A DNA stretch of 64,000 bases. Origin: a virus (taxonomy: Duplodnaviria; Heunggongvirae; Uroviricota; Caudoviricetes). The position numbers were made by a program, and so were the translations under genes. The stretch lies in the IMG/VR virus record IMGVR_UViG_2875697941_000001; one strand, written 5' to 3'. Below the pieces are notes generated by a model. The model did not search any database, was not told where the DNA came from, and saw only the letters and a list, made by a program, of their open reading frames with translations. Positions 1 through 12,695 of this stretch are shown here, piece after piece (the stretch's first letter is position 1; each line of letters starts with the position of its first letter).

Positions 1-3000
1 CGAGTAGCCCCCTGGCTTGTTTTCTCCGGCATTTTTGCGATCGCATCCGCTATTTTCTCCTGAATTGCTTCAGGGGATAGCGTATCTCCGTATGACGCGA
101 TTACATCGCCATAATTGGAGCCAAACAATTCAACCAGGAATGTTTCTGCCGAACGGATCTGGCGGTTATTCCCTTCCGACATCATACCAAGCACCCATTT
201 TGCAATTGACGACTTCAGCGCGCCGTCACGGCGATCCGGGTAAACCGCATGCTTCAGTGGGTCCGTATAGGTACCAACAAAATCAATGCTATAGCCTGAC
301 TCTGTAGTCTGAACGCCGTATGAGTCAGTGATTTTGATCATGCCGCGCTGCTGGAAACGGTAGAAATCGTCACAGGAAATGATGTCGTTAATCCCGGCGA
401 TGGAGACGCCACCACTGATTTTCTGCATAACAGCATCTTCATCGGGAGTTACATCCACCTGTTTATCCAGCGTCTTCACATCCCAGTTACCCGATTTGGT
501 GCCTCTTAAGGTAAAGATGATCTCCACGTCTGCGCGCTGGCTGTCGAAGTCCAGCGACTTAATGCGAACGATATCACCGGCACAATCGTAGTATTGGCCT
601 ACACGCCATGAGCGATCGCCGATAACAAGGAACTCATTCGCATGGTTAACCAGATCAGGATCAACATCCAGAATGCCTTTATTTATTGCATCCTCCACCA
701 GCGGGCGCAGGCGTTTGATATCCGTCGCGGCCTTCTGAGTACGGTTCAATAATTTCTCATAGCGGGAGATGGCCTGAGAGATATTAGCCTTGCGCTGAAT
801 GGCGCTTTTCAACGACGCGCGATACTGTGCTAACAACATACGGTCTGTGTGATGGACACTCCCCCAGCGGGCCTTCCAGTCTGCGTTATCCGCTGCCTTG
901 GCCATTGCCGCCTGTTTGAATTTAGCTACCTCGGCGGTGGTCTTTTCAAGTTCCGCTTTGCTTCGCTCTAATTCAGCGGTAAGTACCTCCACATCCTCGC
1001 CAGCTGCGTGCTGCGCCTTGATGTAGTTCTGAAGGTCGATAGTAGCCTGTTCTTTCTGGCGAGCGCGTTTCGCAGCTTTCGCCTTATCCATTTGAACCTG
1101 CATCATTGCCAGACGTTCGCCGTCATCCTTCGCGGTATACATCTGCATTTCGATCATGTCATTGGCGTCGGCGTTCTCCATTTCTGACTTATCTGAACGG
1201 AGGATATCGGAGATCCAGCCTGCTTTACGCTTCAGCGTCTTCAGTCGGTATTCATCGAAAGACCCCTTGCCGCAGTAGTAGTGAACGCGAACGCTTGCAC
1301 GGTTGGAACCAACTCGGGCACCGCGACCGTTACGCTGTGCGATACTGGCTGGTGTCCACGGCAACGTCAGGTGGTGGATATCCGTCGTTCCTCGATGCAG
1401 GTTGATACCCACCTCTGCCTTTTTGTTGCAGATGATGATCGGAGTCCGGCCCTCCTGGAAGTCGGCTGCAATCTTTTCCAGACCGCCCAACGACATTTCA
1501 TTTTGCTGCGCGATATAGGCGTCATACAGAGCCATTTGCTCGTTGTATTTCGCTATCTGTGCATCTGTTGGTTCATCCGGTAGCTCTTTCGGCGGTTTAA
1601 CCGCTTTCAGTTTCTTACCGGTTTTACCTGCCTCGGCAACCGTCTGAGCATTCAGGATCCCCACCTTTGAAGGTTCAAGGTTTAGAGCATTGCAGATAAT
1701 GCGCTTGAGCTTCTGGTGCTGCGTTTTTTCATCGGTGAAGATGATTTGCTTACCTTCCGGGAAAAACTCCTTCAGCGTGGCGATCAGCTTCGCGTATTTG
1801 GGCGTAACGGGGTGAGTTACGGTCTGTTCGTCAATGCCAAACCTGGCCAGGCGCTTATTCACTTCCTGCTCGAACGCTTCCGGAACCTGCAACTGAATAA
1901 ACTCGCCCTTATCTATCAGGGAGTATTGCGATTGCTGCGTGATTGAATCATCACTGTCGTCGTCTTCGCTGGTGGCTTGTTTAGGCAAACTGTCCGCCAG
2001 CTGCTGCACCGCATCGGCGTACTCCGGCAGGAAACGATAGGTGATCCGGCGATAGTACAGGTCCATGTCAGTACATACGCGGTCCATATCCCTGATTATT
2101 GAGAAGATCGGACGGGCTTTCTCGTGCTCAATCACGCCGTCTTCATTGACCGAGGTCGTTACGCCATTGTTGGCTTTGGCCGCCGCTTCCGCCTGCTGAC
2201 GCAATTCTTCATACGCCGCCAGTTGTTCTTCAGTAAGTGGTGCATCCTGCTGGTGTTCGTCCAGCTCCGGGATCTCCACGGTATCCTTAACGTCTTCCGC
2301 CGTTTTAAGCGTTACCCAGCGATGGAATATACCGCGCAGCGCATCAAGGTTTTCAAAGCCCATCAGCGCCATTTTTTCTTCAACTTCACCGCTAATTTTC
2401 TGTACCGTTTCCAGCCTGGTCTTGCCGAAGAATTTAACGAAGTCATCAGGACCGTAGATCCCCATGTTCTGCCAGTATTCCTTCGGCAGAACATGAGAAA
2501 GCATGTTGTATGCATCGATCGGGGTGTTAACGACTGGCGTTGCAGTCAGGAGAACCGGCCCGCGCCCGCCATTCTTTTTCATCAGGTACGCGTTTTTAAT
2601 TGCCATATCTCGCGCCGATTGCGCCACCGCGCTGGTGGGCAGATAGGCCAGTTGTGACGCTTCGCGACCATTTTTATAGCTATTGCGGTAGTTGTGACCT
2701 TCGTCAGCGATCACACTATCGAAGCCCATATCCTCAAAGTACGGATACTTCTCTGCTTTTTCGGTGCCGGTATCTGAATACTCCGACAATACCCGGCGAC
2801 GCGCGGCCTCTTTGCGGTGGGAGTCGGAGTCCATTGCGCTGGCTACGCGTCCGGCGGCAACGAAGTCATAAAGCATATCCTGTGCATGCTCATCTACGGT
2901 GTCATCACGTAGCGGAATGCGGGCGTATTGTTCTTTGGTAAACACGACTGCACGGTAATTTGAGTGCGGGATCGCGTTCATCCGCGCCGTGATAGTGGCT

Positions 3001-5858
3001 TCATCTGCCAGTTTTAGGGCATCGCGCATAACTGGAGTGCCATCAGTACCAAGAACAGGTTTACCGTTCTCATCGAGCACCGGCACCTGGCGAATCTGAT
3101 CGCCATCCATCAGCACATCAAGACCGACGAACAGGTAGTTACTGAATGCCTCTTCACTCAGGAATTCTTTTGCTTCGTAATACCAGTTTTCCAGCACTGA
3201 TTTAGGCACTACATACGCAGTACGGGTGGAGCGACCGTTCTCATAGTTGAACGCCTCAAGCGCCAGCGCGGTCGTGGTTTTACCCAGCCCGGTGCCGAAG
3301 CCCAGGATGCCGCGCCCATCTTCGGACAGTCGGCGCACCTCGCTATTCTGGTAATCAAATGGCTGGCGCTTACCGCTTAATCCCTTCAACCCAAGCGGAT
3401 CGCCAGAGTGTTCATACGGGATATTGCTATTGAACACATCGTTGTATTTGGCAACCAGCTCATCGTAGCGATCGTGCGTCTTGATCCACTTATTGAACTG
3501 GTCCTCAAGCAGTGCCATCTGCTCGCGGTAGCCGTTCGCCGTCGCGCTATCTTTGCCACCGATACGCGCACCATTGAGATACTTTTCCAGCTGTGCCGGG
3601 AACCCGGTCGCGTTTTCACCTGATTTACGGTCCCACTCGTAGCGGATCTCGCCTGTTTCTTTATCCTTACGCTGGACGACACCGTATCGGTGCCCGACGA
3701 ACAGACCATCACCACCGTGATAGGTGTCAGAAACCATTTCGTCGCCTTCCAGCTGCACTGACTGCACATAGCGCAGATCCGGATAGCCGTTTTCCTGCAA
3801 AAATTCCAGAATGACGGAACGGTCGAACCAACGGCTATTGAGCTTAAACCGGATATTCTCTGCTGGCGTCTTGATGCGCTTCTCTTCGATCGCTGCCAGC
3901 TGATTAAGGACGTTGTTCTTTACTGGACCGTCGGGGAGCGTGGCGAGGAATTCCTGTTTTGGAGCCACTATCTCGTTAATGTCGCCGCTGGTGGCGCGGG
4001 CGAACGGAACAATCCCGCCATACGGTGAAACCGCAATGCCAGGGGTGCTGGCCAATAAATTAAGCAACTCGTCATCACTGGCTGGCAGTTCGCCGGTAAA
4101 CGCAAGGCGGAAATCATCGAGCTGGATTGGATCGCGAGTGAGATCACTGTAGAGATAACGCAGGGTGTCCTGATAGCTGGTAGAGTCATAACTGGCGCTG
4201 GAATCATGCGTAACCAGTTTTCCTGTCAGCTCGTCAGAAATAGTGCCATCCAGCTTAATTGCACCACGGAAAGCAAACCAGGCGCGCGCACCGCTCCCCG
4301 ATAATTTCGCTATCGGACCGCGACCGGGGTTACCAAAACGGTCAATCTCTGCCTGCAAACGGGATACCAGAGAAAGGCGCTGCTGTTCGATTTGTTCAGC
4401 ACTATGCCCGGCGGCCTTCATATCCTGATATTCAATTAACATCCGGCCAATCATCGCTCCACGATACAAGCGTTCACGGTATTTTTCAGGCTGGCTGTTA
4501 ATCCAGTCCACCAGCTGCACCATATCGTCGCTGATTGATGTGGTGTACTTATCGCGGACATTTGCCATCTGGGTAAATGTCATACCGAGACGGCCTTCTG
4601 TTGTAGTCAGGTTACGCTGAAGAGCCTCCCAGCTATCCGCGCCATAACTGGCAACCTCAATCTTCAGCTCCTTCCCGGCATCAGCTTCAATCCAGCGACC
4701 ACCAGCATATTTTTGCCATACGCCATTAATCAGGCGCATTTCCCCTTCATCAACAACATCTGCGGTCGGTGACGGTTCAGCCATATCGAGCAAAGACCAG
4801 TCGATACGGCTTTCGAAACGATGAATCAGCTTCGCTTTAAGAGCCTGGTTATCAATCTGACCGTCGGCACGAACCTCAATACGCCCCTGGAAGCCCTTTT
4901 CCTGGGTGCCATGAACAAACCGGCGGCCATCCTTTTCAAACCACTTGCCAGAAATAAACGTTGGCCAAAGCACATTTGCCGATTCAAGAGTGCTCTCATC
5001 CACCAGGGGGATTTTCTCAGCCATCTCCGCCGGATGTTTGCGCATCAGCACCACGTCAACGACCGTACTGGTCCCGTTTGCGTCAAAAGTACCGGTAGGC
5101 AAGCGGTGGGCACCAAGAAATTCAGCTTTACGGGATAGGCGCAGGCGTAACCGCTTCATGTTTGAACCTGAAACAATGGACGGCGGCACAATCACGCACA
5201 TGAATCCGCCAGGCTTTATCTTGTCCAACATGCGGAGCATGAAGTAAGACCCCATGTCCGTTTCTTCTGCGTAAGGCTTATCGATGTTGCGTGTGTTATC
5301 ACGACCGCCGAACGGAACGTTACCCACAACATGGTCGAATGAATCGTTAGGCGTGCTTACAGCCAGTTGTTCGAACGGGGAAATTTGTACGCTGTCTTCC
5401 GGATGTAACAGCTGGTTTATACGACCGGAAACACTGCTGATCTCAGTCGCGGTCATCACCGTACCAACCGGTTTTGTCTCATTAAAAACGCCGGTTCCCG
5501 CCGATGGTTCCAGAGTGTTACCTACGTCCGCGCCGTAGAGCTTCATGATCTCCCAGACACCTTCAGCGATCGGCTTTGGTGTGTAATATTCGGAGACGGA
5601 CCCGCCAATGCCGCCTTCACCGGTGTACCCAGCCAGGATCTGGCGCTGTTCATCTGTCAGTGTCGCGCCGTCCACCAGCGAATTAAGCAAATCTATCGCC
5701 TTCTGATTCGCCTCACGGCGCAGTCGGTCATAGCTTTTGCCTTCCACCTTTTCCACGCCGTATTTAATCGGCGCTCGGTGAGATGTTATTGCCCTAATGT
5801 ATTTCAATATTTCGCTGACACTTGAACAGCGAAACACTCCCATAGATAGCTTGTTCAT
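1..5858 (-). CDS. darB: Large N6-adenine methyltransferase / SF2 helicase fusion protein (P1 DarB-like), 3' end beyond window
   Basis: Own minus-strand translation: open frame from ATG 5858 (AAGGA RBS) to window start, >1900 codons; absent from ORF track because the stop lies outside. MTase motif I EPSAGTGVF, motif IV-like GNVPFG; helicase GTGLGKT, DEGH, QRNGRGAR. Divergent from prt as in P1. Confidence 0.7.
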   Translation of the reverse strand, partial: MNKLSMGVFRCSSVSEILKYIRAITSHRAPIKYGVEKVEGKSYDRLRREANQKAIDLLNSLVDGATLTDEQRQILAGYTGEGGIGGSVSEYYTPKPIAEGVWEIMKLYGADVGNTLEPSAGTGVFNETKPVGTVMTATEISSVSGRINQLLHPEDSVQISPFEQLAVSTPNDSFDHVVGNVPFGGRDNTRNIDKPYAEETDMGSYFMLRMLDKIKPGGFMCVIVPPSIVSGSNMKRLRLRLSRKAEFLGAHRLPTGTFDANGTSTVVDVVLMRKHPAEMAEKIPLVDESTLESANVLWPTFISGKWFEKDGRRFVHGTQEKGFQGRIEVRADGQIDNQALKAKLIHRFESRIDWSLLDMAEPSPTADVVDEGEMRLINGVWQKYAGGRWIEADAGKELKIEVASYGADSWEALQRNLTTTEGRLGMTFTQMANVRDKYTTSISDDMVQLVDWINSQPEKYRERLYRGAMIGRMLIEYQDMKAAGHSAEQIEQQRLSLVSRLQAEIDRFGNPGRGPIAKLSGSGARAWFAFRGAIKLDGTISDELTGKLVTHDSSASYDSTSYQDTLRYLYSDLTRDPIQLDDFRLAFTGELPASDDELLNLLASTPGIAVSPYGGIVPFARATSGDINEIVAPKQEFLATLPDGPVKNNVLNQLAAIEEKRIKTPAENIRFKLNSRWFDRSVILEFLQENGYPDLRYVQSVQLEGDEMVSDTYHGGDGLFVGHRYGVVQRKDKETGEIRYEWDRKSGENATGFPAQLEKYLNGARIGGKDSATANGYREQMALLEDQFNKWIKTHDRYDELVAKYNDVFNSNIPYEHSGDPLGLKGLSGKRQPFDYQNSEVRRLSEDGRGILGFGTGLGKTTTALALEAFNYENGRSTRTAYVVPKSVLENWYYEAKEFLSEEAFSNYLFVGLDVLMDGDQIRQVPVLDENGKPVLGTDGTPVMRDALKLADEATITARMNAIPHSNYRAVVFTKEQYARIPLRDDTVDEHAQDMLYDFVAAGRVASAMDSDSHRKEAARRRVLSEYSDTGTEKAEKYPYFEDMGFDSVIADEGHNYRNSYKNGREASQLAYLPTSAVAQSARDMAIKNAYLMKKNGGRGPVLLTATPVVNTPIDAYNMLSHVLPKEYWQNMGIYGPDDFVKFFGKTRLETVQKISGEVEEKMALMGFENLDALRGIFHRWVTLKTAEDVKDTVEIPELDEHQQDAPLTEEQLAAYEELRQQAEAAAKANNGVTTSVNEDGVIEHEKARPIFSIIRDMDRVCTDMDLYYRRITYRFLPEYADAVQQLADSLPKQATSEDDDSDDSITQQSQYSLIDKGEFIQLQVPEAFEQEVNKRLARFGIDEQTVTHPVTPKYAKLIATLKEFFPEGKQIIFTDEKTQHQKLKRIICNALNLEPSKVGILNAQTVAEAGKTGKKLKAVKPPKELPDEPTDAQIAKYNEQMALYDAYIAQQNEMSLGGLEKIAADFQEGRTPIIICNKKAEVGINLHRGTTDIHHLTLPWTPASIAQRNGRGARVGSNRASVRVHYYCGKGSFDEYRLKTLKRKAGWISDILRSDKSEMENADANDMIEMQMYTAKDDGERLAMMQVQMDKAKAAKRARQKEQATIDLQNYIKAQHAAGEDVEVLTAELERSKAELEKTTAEVAKFKQAAMAKAADNADWKARWGSVHHTDRMLLAQYRASLKSAIQRKANISQAISRYEKLLNRTQKAATDIKRLRPLVEDAINKGILDVDPDLVNHANEFLVIGDRSWRVGQYYDCAGDIVRIKSLDFDSQRADVEIIFTLRGTKSGNWDVKTLDKQVDVTPDEDAVMQKISGGVSIAGINDIISCDDFYRFQQRGMIKITDSYGVQTTESGYSIDFVGTYTDPLKHAVYPDRRDGALKSSIAKWVLGMMSEGNNRQIRSAETFLVELFGSNYGDVIASYGDTLSPEAIQEKIADAIAKMPEKTSQGAT

Positions 5859-5925
5859 TGGTAATCCTTAACAAGTGACTAGTGTTAAATTTCCGTTCAA
5901 ACACGATACGAATTATTCTAATTAA

Positions 5926-8656
<2,731 letters not shown>

Positions 8657-8663
8657 CCACCAA

Positions 8664-8695
8664 AAATAACCCCGGCGAGTGCCGGGGTTCTCGTT
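8664..8695. terminator. Bidirectional rho-independent terminator between pro and the lyz unit
   Basis: GC hairpin CCCCGGC-GAGT-GCCGGGG flanked by an A-run upstream and T-rich tract downstream. Confidence 0.6.
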
Positions 8696-8700
8696 AACTA

Positions 8701-8955
8701 TTATCGACTTCGCCTGCGTGCCATATATTTGCGCACCGCGCGGCGTGGACAATCTGAAGCGGTTTCTTTCTGCTGCATCAATCTCGCGGCCATGCTCAAA
8801 AATGTCAGGCACAGCCGAAGCCCGGCATACAATAGCGGTTCCAGTGGCCACGTTTCATTAAGCACATATACCGCCATGAAAATCGAGTCGAAAACTATCG
8901 CTGCCAGCGATAACTTCATTGTCGAAAGTCTGCGGAGCTGCCGGAGTTTATTCAT
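8701..8955 (-). CDS. Small membrane protein overlapping the lyz 3' end (holin/antiholin-like?)
   Basis: 84-aa ORF; ATG overlaps lyz stop (ATGAATAA); hydrophobic segments plus basic C-terminus. Could be a shadow ORF. Confidence 0.3.
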   Translation of the reverse strand: MNKLRQLRRLSTMKLSLAAIVFDSIFMAVYVLNETWPLEPLLYAGLRLCLTFLSMAARLMQQKETASDCPRRAVRKYMARRRSR

Positions 8956-9505
8956 TGACCAGTCCCGTCAGGCAAAGCTGGCGTTCTTTTTCACGGCGAA
9001 TCTTTAAACCTCGCAGGGGCACGCCGTTACTGTTCACAAAATCAGGGAGATGGTTACACATATTCACCCATTCCCCTTTCTGCGCCCACTTGTGGATGGA
9101 CGTTTCGACTCGCATGCCTCGCGCTTTGCTGTAGTAGGTCCGTAAGCTATTGCATCCCATATTGAATGCCGCGCTTGTCATTGCACTAAAGGCATTATCG
9201 GGCATGTCTTTGCCCCGGAAGTGCTGATTAATACAGCGTTCAGCGATCAGGATATTCTTTTCCCAATCAGCGGCGATTTGCTGGTCGGTTTTTCGCACAC
9301 CCGGCGTTACCCCGTGTGTATTACCGATCCCGTCAGTCCATACCCCCGCCGGGCACATGTATGGATCACGTCGGCAACCTTCAGCGTTACCAATCAGCTC
9401 AAGCCCCGCCTGGTTGGTTCGCACATTGCCATTACCCATTACGATGGTAATCATCACCGCGATAGCGCAAATTGCACCGCCTCCTGCGGCTGTTTTTCCC
9501 TTCAT
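8948..9505 (-). CDS. lyz: SAR endolysin (T4-lysozyme fold), P1 Lyz
   Basis: 185 aa; N-terminal Gly/Ala-rich signal-anchor-release segment (GGGAICAIAVMITIVMG); catalytic E-x8-D/C-x5-T motif; sequence recalled as matching P1 Lyz. Confidence 0.9.
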   Translation of the reverse strand: MKGKTAAGGGAICAIAVMITIVMGNGNVRTNQAGLELIGNAEGCRRDPYMCPAGVWTDGIGNTHGVTPGVRKTDQQIAADWEKNILIAERCINQHFRGKDMPDNAFSAMTSAAFNMGCNSLRTYYSKARGMRVETSIHKWAQKGEWVNMCNHLPDFVNSNGVPLRGLKIRREKERQLCLTGLVNE

Positions 9506-9637
9506 AAAGACCTCATAAGCGAATTTTTACGCTCCAGGACAAACACCCATTCACAGCCAATACCGACTGACTCGATCCCTTTAGAAGGCACAGGATAATG
9601 CAAATCACTTGTTAGCTACGTTTCAAAGATATACATT

Positions 9638-9654
9638 ATTGCTCTAATCATTTT
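9638..9654 (+). promoter_or_regulatory. C1 repressor operator-like site upstream of ssb
   Basis: ATTGCTCTAATCATTTT, 15/17 match to recalled P1 C1 operator consensus ATTGCTCTAATAAATTT. Confidence 0.5.
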
Positions 9655-9673
9655 ATTTTATTAGGTAAGATAA

Positions 9674-10162
9674 GTGGCACAACGCGGTGTAAACAAAGTC
9701 ATCCTGATTGGTACCCTGGGGCAAGACCCGGAGATCAGGTATATACCAAATGGCGGAGCGGTCGGAAGACTAAGCATCGCAACAAATGAATCATGGCGCG
9801 ACAAGCAAACGGGCCAACAGAAAGAGCAAACAGAATGGCATAGAGTCGTTTTGTTCGGGAAACTTGCTGAAATTGCGAGTGAGTATTTACGAAAAGGTTC
9901 TCAGGTCTACATCGAAGGGAAACTTAAAACCCGTAAGTGGACAGATGACGCCGGTGTAGAACGTTACACGACGGAAATTATCGTCAGCCAGGGCGGCACC
10001 ATGCAAATGATCGGCGCTCGCCGTGACGATTCACAGTCCTCAAATGGCTGGGGGCAATCGAACCAACCTCAAAACCACCAGCAATACAGTGGTGGCGGTA
10101 AACCTCAGAGCAACGCCAATAACGAACCTCCAATGGACTTTGACGACGATATTCCGTTTTAG
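9674..10162 (+). CDS. ssb: Single-stranded DNA-binding protein
   Basis: 162 aa; GTG start; N-terminus [23 protein letters not shown] parallels E. coli SSB; Gly/Gln-rich linker; acidic tail DFDDDIPF. Confidence 0.95.
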   Translation: MAQRGVNKVILIGTLGQDPEIRYIPNGGAVGRLSIATNESWRDKQTGQQKEQTEWHRVVLFGKLAEIASEYLRKGSQVYIEGKLKTRKWTDDAGVERYTTEIIVSQGGTMQMIGARRDDSQSSNGWGQSNQPQNHQQYSGGGKPQSNANNEPPMDFDDDIPF

Positions 10163-10364
10163 AGTTTATGAGTAAAAAACGACTGAAAGAAAAGCGGTGG
10201 TCAAGACGCCGACAAAAGCACGAACTCGCAAACAAACGCCAAAGTTGGCAATGGCACGCGCTTTTAACGAATAGAACACCCCGAGATATTGCTTTCGCTG
10301 GTGGGAAAACATTCCTAACCAACCTGAAGGCGCAATACATCAGTTTTTAAGCAGAGAAAAGACT

Positions 10365-11159
10365 ATGACAGCACAAAATACTAAAACCATTCAATACCGC
10401 CTGCGTAATGGCCAGAGTGTAGAAGTGACCATCAATAATGATGGTGTACCTGGCGAAAAGGTTTCTATCTCTGATCTGGCTATCGAAAAAACCATCATGT
10501 GCCACCTTGGCTTTACTGAAGAAGTGAGCAAAAAGCATGGTGTAGCTATCTGGCGCACAATGGATACTGGCATGCGCAGATTCATTACTGCTCGTACCCC
10601 TGGTATGACCATGATGGACCTCATACAGATTGCGCCGCTGTTTGAGTGTGAACCTTTGGATGTATTCAGCAATCCAGCTATCTGCCAGCAGTTATATGGT
10701 GAGATGAAACTCGCGGTTACCCCCATTGTGCTGCATGAAGGATCGCTTGCTGGCGTATGGAAAGTAGAGCGAATTTCAAGCTACATGCCATTCCACATCC
10801 ATGTCAACGGCGTAATCGCAGGTGAAAATCAACCTGTTTCCGTTATAAAGTCAGACCTCAATCGCGCAATTCTTGAAGCAAGTTGTCGAGTTATCGGCCT
10901 GGGCAAACAGTCTTATGTTTCCTTCCCGGCTGGTCCTGAAGGCCCGGCAGAAATTCTGATTATGGATGCTGATCTGCTCTGGCAAATACAGTTTCTGATT
11001 GGCAAAAGCATCATCCGTGCTGAAGAACTCGATCAGTACATTACCTGCACGATGACGGATGAAGTCAAAAGTGTGGCTATAGCCAATGCCCGGAACCTGT
11101 GTCGTGCTGCATTAACAGAACCGCAAGAAAACATTCCAGAAGAAACAGAAAGTGACTAA
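10365..11159 (+). CDS. Hypothetical protein, 264 aa
   Basis: ORF track; no recognisable motif; immediately upstream of the HipA-like gene. Confidence 0.5.
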   Translation: MTAQNTKTIQYRLRNGQSVEVTINNDGVPGEKVSISDLAIEKTIMCHLGFTEEVSKKHGVAIWRTMDTGMRRFITARTPGMTMMDLIQIAPLFECEPLDVFSNPAICQQLYGEMKLAVTPIVLHEGSLAGVWKVERISSYMPFHIHVNGVIAGENQPVSVIKSDLNRAILEASCRVIGLGKQSYVSFPAGPEGPAEILIMDADLLWQIQFLIGKSIIRAEELDQYITCTMTDEVKSVAIANARNLCRAALTEPQENIPEETESD

Positions 11160-11160
11160 T

Positions 11161-11190
11161 AAAAACCCCGTCAGTTGGCGGGGAACTCCA
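11161..11190. terminator. Hairpin downstream of ORF 10365-11159
   Basis: A-run then CCCCG-loop-CGGGG stem; T-run only on the minus strand, so it may terminate minus-strand transcripts. Confidence 0.35.
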
Positions 11191-11356
11191 CGTCAAATGG
11201 CCAATTGTTATGTCAGCTAGCAGTTAAAGCGCCTAGTCATCATCTTTTAAAGAAGTCTTTTTAACTTACCTAAATTAGTGACACCTCCCGTTTTGCTTGC
11301 TATTGTACGCATTCATGAATCTATTCATTAATCTATTCACAATAGTAATTAAAACT

Positions 11357-12661
11357 ATGGCTATACATGCAACAACAATCCGTAATTTGCTCAATCAAGG
11401 TCCTATGACACCAAGACAATTGGTTGAAAGACTAGGTGTTAGCCAACCAACGATATCTAGAGCATTAAGAGATCTTGGTGATGAAATCGTTAGGATCGGA
11501 AATGGAAGATCTATTCAATATGCTTTACGAGACTCTTTTAGAGGATTCGAATCAGTCCCCATTTATCGTATAACTGAAGAGGGGTGTATTTGCGTTCTTG
11601 GTACTCTCATTCCGGTGAGGCCAGAAGGCTATGTTATGGTTGAGGAAGGGAAAAATAACAGGCATAGCGATGGGTTACCTTGGTGGTTATTTGATATGCG
11701 TCCACAAGGCTTCCTTGGAAGAGCATATGCATCAGCATATGCTCTTGAACTTAACCTTCCCTCAAATCCAGAGCAATGGTCAGATACTGACGTGATCAAA
11801 GCCTTACTTAAGCATGGGCATGATGTTGTTGGTAATTTGTTAATTGGAGAGCAAGCACGCACGCATTTTTTAGAGATGCAGCCTCCTGTTCCTGTTAATC
11901 GTGAAAGTGAATATCCTGTATTAGCTTTAGCTGCTGGTGAAGGTGATGTGCCCGGTTCATCTGCTGGAGGTGAACAACCCAAATTTTGTACTTTCACAGA
12001 GCGTGGACATGTATTAGTGAAATTCTCTGCGCCTAACGACACCCCTATAAGTGAGCGTTGGAGAGATCTCTTGTTTGCTGAACATCTCGCATTAAAAGTT
12101 CTGGGGGTAGAAACAGAAGTTTTTGATTATAACGGTCAGAGATTCTTGGAAATTCCCCGATTTGATCGTGTTGGTCAACTAGGTCGGGTAGGTGTATTCT
12201 CACTTCGTGCACTTGATGCAGAATTTGTTGGGAATGCAAGAGCAACATGGCCCTTGCTGGTTAAAGAGTTGGTAAAAAATAAGTGCGTCCATCCTGATGC
12301 GATTATTATAGCAACAAGGCTATGGTCTTTTGGTTTGCTAATAGGCAATACCGATATGCATAATGGTAACCTATCGTTTATTAGTAGCCACGGACGCCCA
12401 TATCATATTGCTCCAGCCTATGACATGTTACCTATGGGTTTTGCTCCACGCTCTGGGGGAGCAATATCTAATGAGCTTAGAAAAACAGCACTACCAGACT
12501 TTGTAAGTCGAAAAATATGGGATGAATCTCTTGAATTGGCTGAAAAATTTTATGCATTGGCCTGTGAGTCCGACAAATTCTCAGCTAACTTTACTCCATG
12601 TTTAGAAGCGCTACGCATCCACCTAGATGATTGTAAGATACGCATAGCCCGCCTGGCATAA
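11357..12661 (+). CDS. HipA-family Ser/Thr kinase with fused N-terminal HTH (YjjJ/HipH-like)
   Basis: HTH RQLVERLGVSQPTISRAL; HipA motifs GGEQPKF, GNTDMHNGNLSF, APAYDML. Start uncertain (TTG 11297, ATG 11315 or ATG 11357). AT-rich relative to flanks. Confidence 0.6.
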   Translation: MAIHATTIRNLLNQGPMTPRQLVERLGVSQPTISRALRDLGDEIVRIGNGRSIQYALRDSFRGFESVPIYRITEEGCICVLGTLIPVRPEGYVMVEEGKNNRHSDGLPWWLFDMRPQGFLGRAYASAYALELNLPSNPEQWSDTDVIKALLKHGHDVVGNLLIGEQARTHFLEMQPPVPVNRESEYPVLALAAGEGDVPGSSAGGEQPKFCTFTERGHVLVKFSAPNDTPISERWRDLLFAEHLALKVLGVETEVFDYNGQRFLEIPRFDRVGQLGRVGVFSLRALDAEFVGNARATWPLLVKELVKNKCVHPDAIIIATRLWSFGLLIGNTDMHNGNLSFISSHGRPYHIAPAYDMLPMGFAPRSGGAISNELRKTALPDFVSRKIWDESLELAEKFYALACESDKFSANFTPCLEALRIHLDDCKIRIARLA

Positions 12662-12664
12662 ACA

Positions 12665-12695
12665 ACAAATCCCGCCGATTGGCGGGATTTCTTCA
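12665..12695. terminator. Bidirectional terminator between the HipA-like gene and the dar operon end
   Basis: Hairpin AAATCCCGCC-GATT-GGCGGGATTT followed by T-rich tract. Confidence 0.6.

Noticed and set aside
1106-5538. Numerous 60-180-aa plus-strand ORFs in the first 5.8 kb (for example 2124-2657, 4821-5138)
   Set aside because: They lie antisense to, or out of frame with, the long uninterrupted minus-strand darB-like frame; the compositions (Arg/His/Cys-rich) look like shadow ORFs.
10163-10364. IS1 or other insertion sequence between ssb and the dar operon, as in the P1 reference recalled from memory
   Set aside because: No transposase ORF or terminal inverted repeats seen; only a 60-aa basic ORF (10168-10350) of doubtful coding status.
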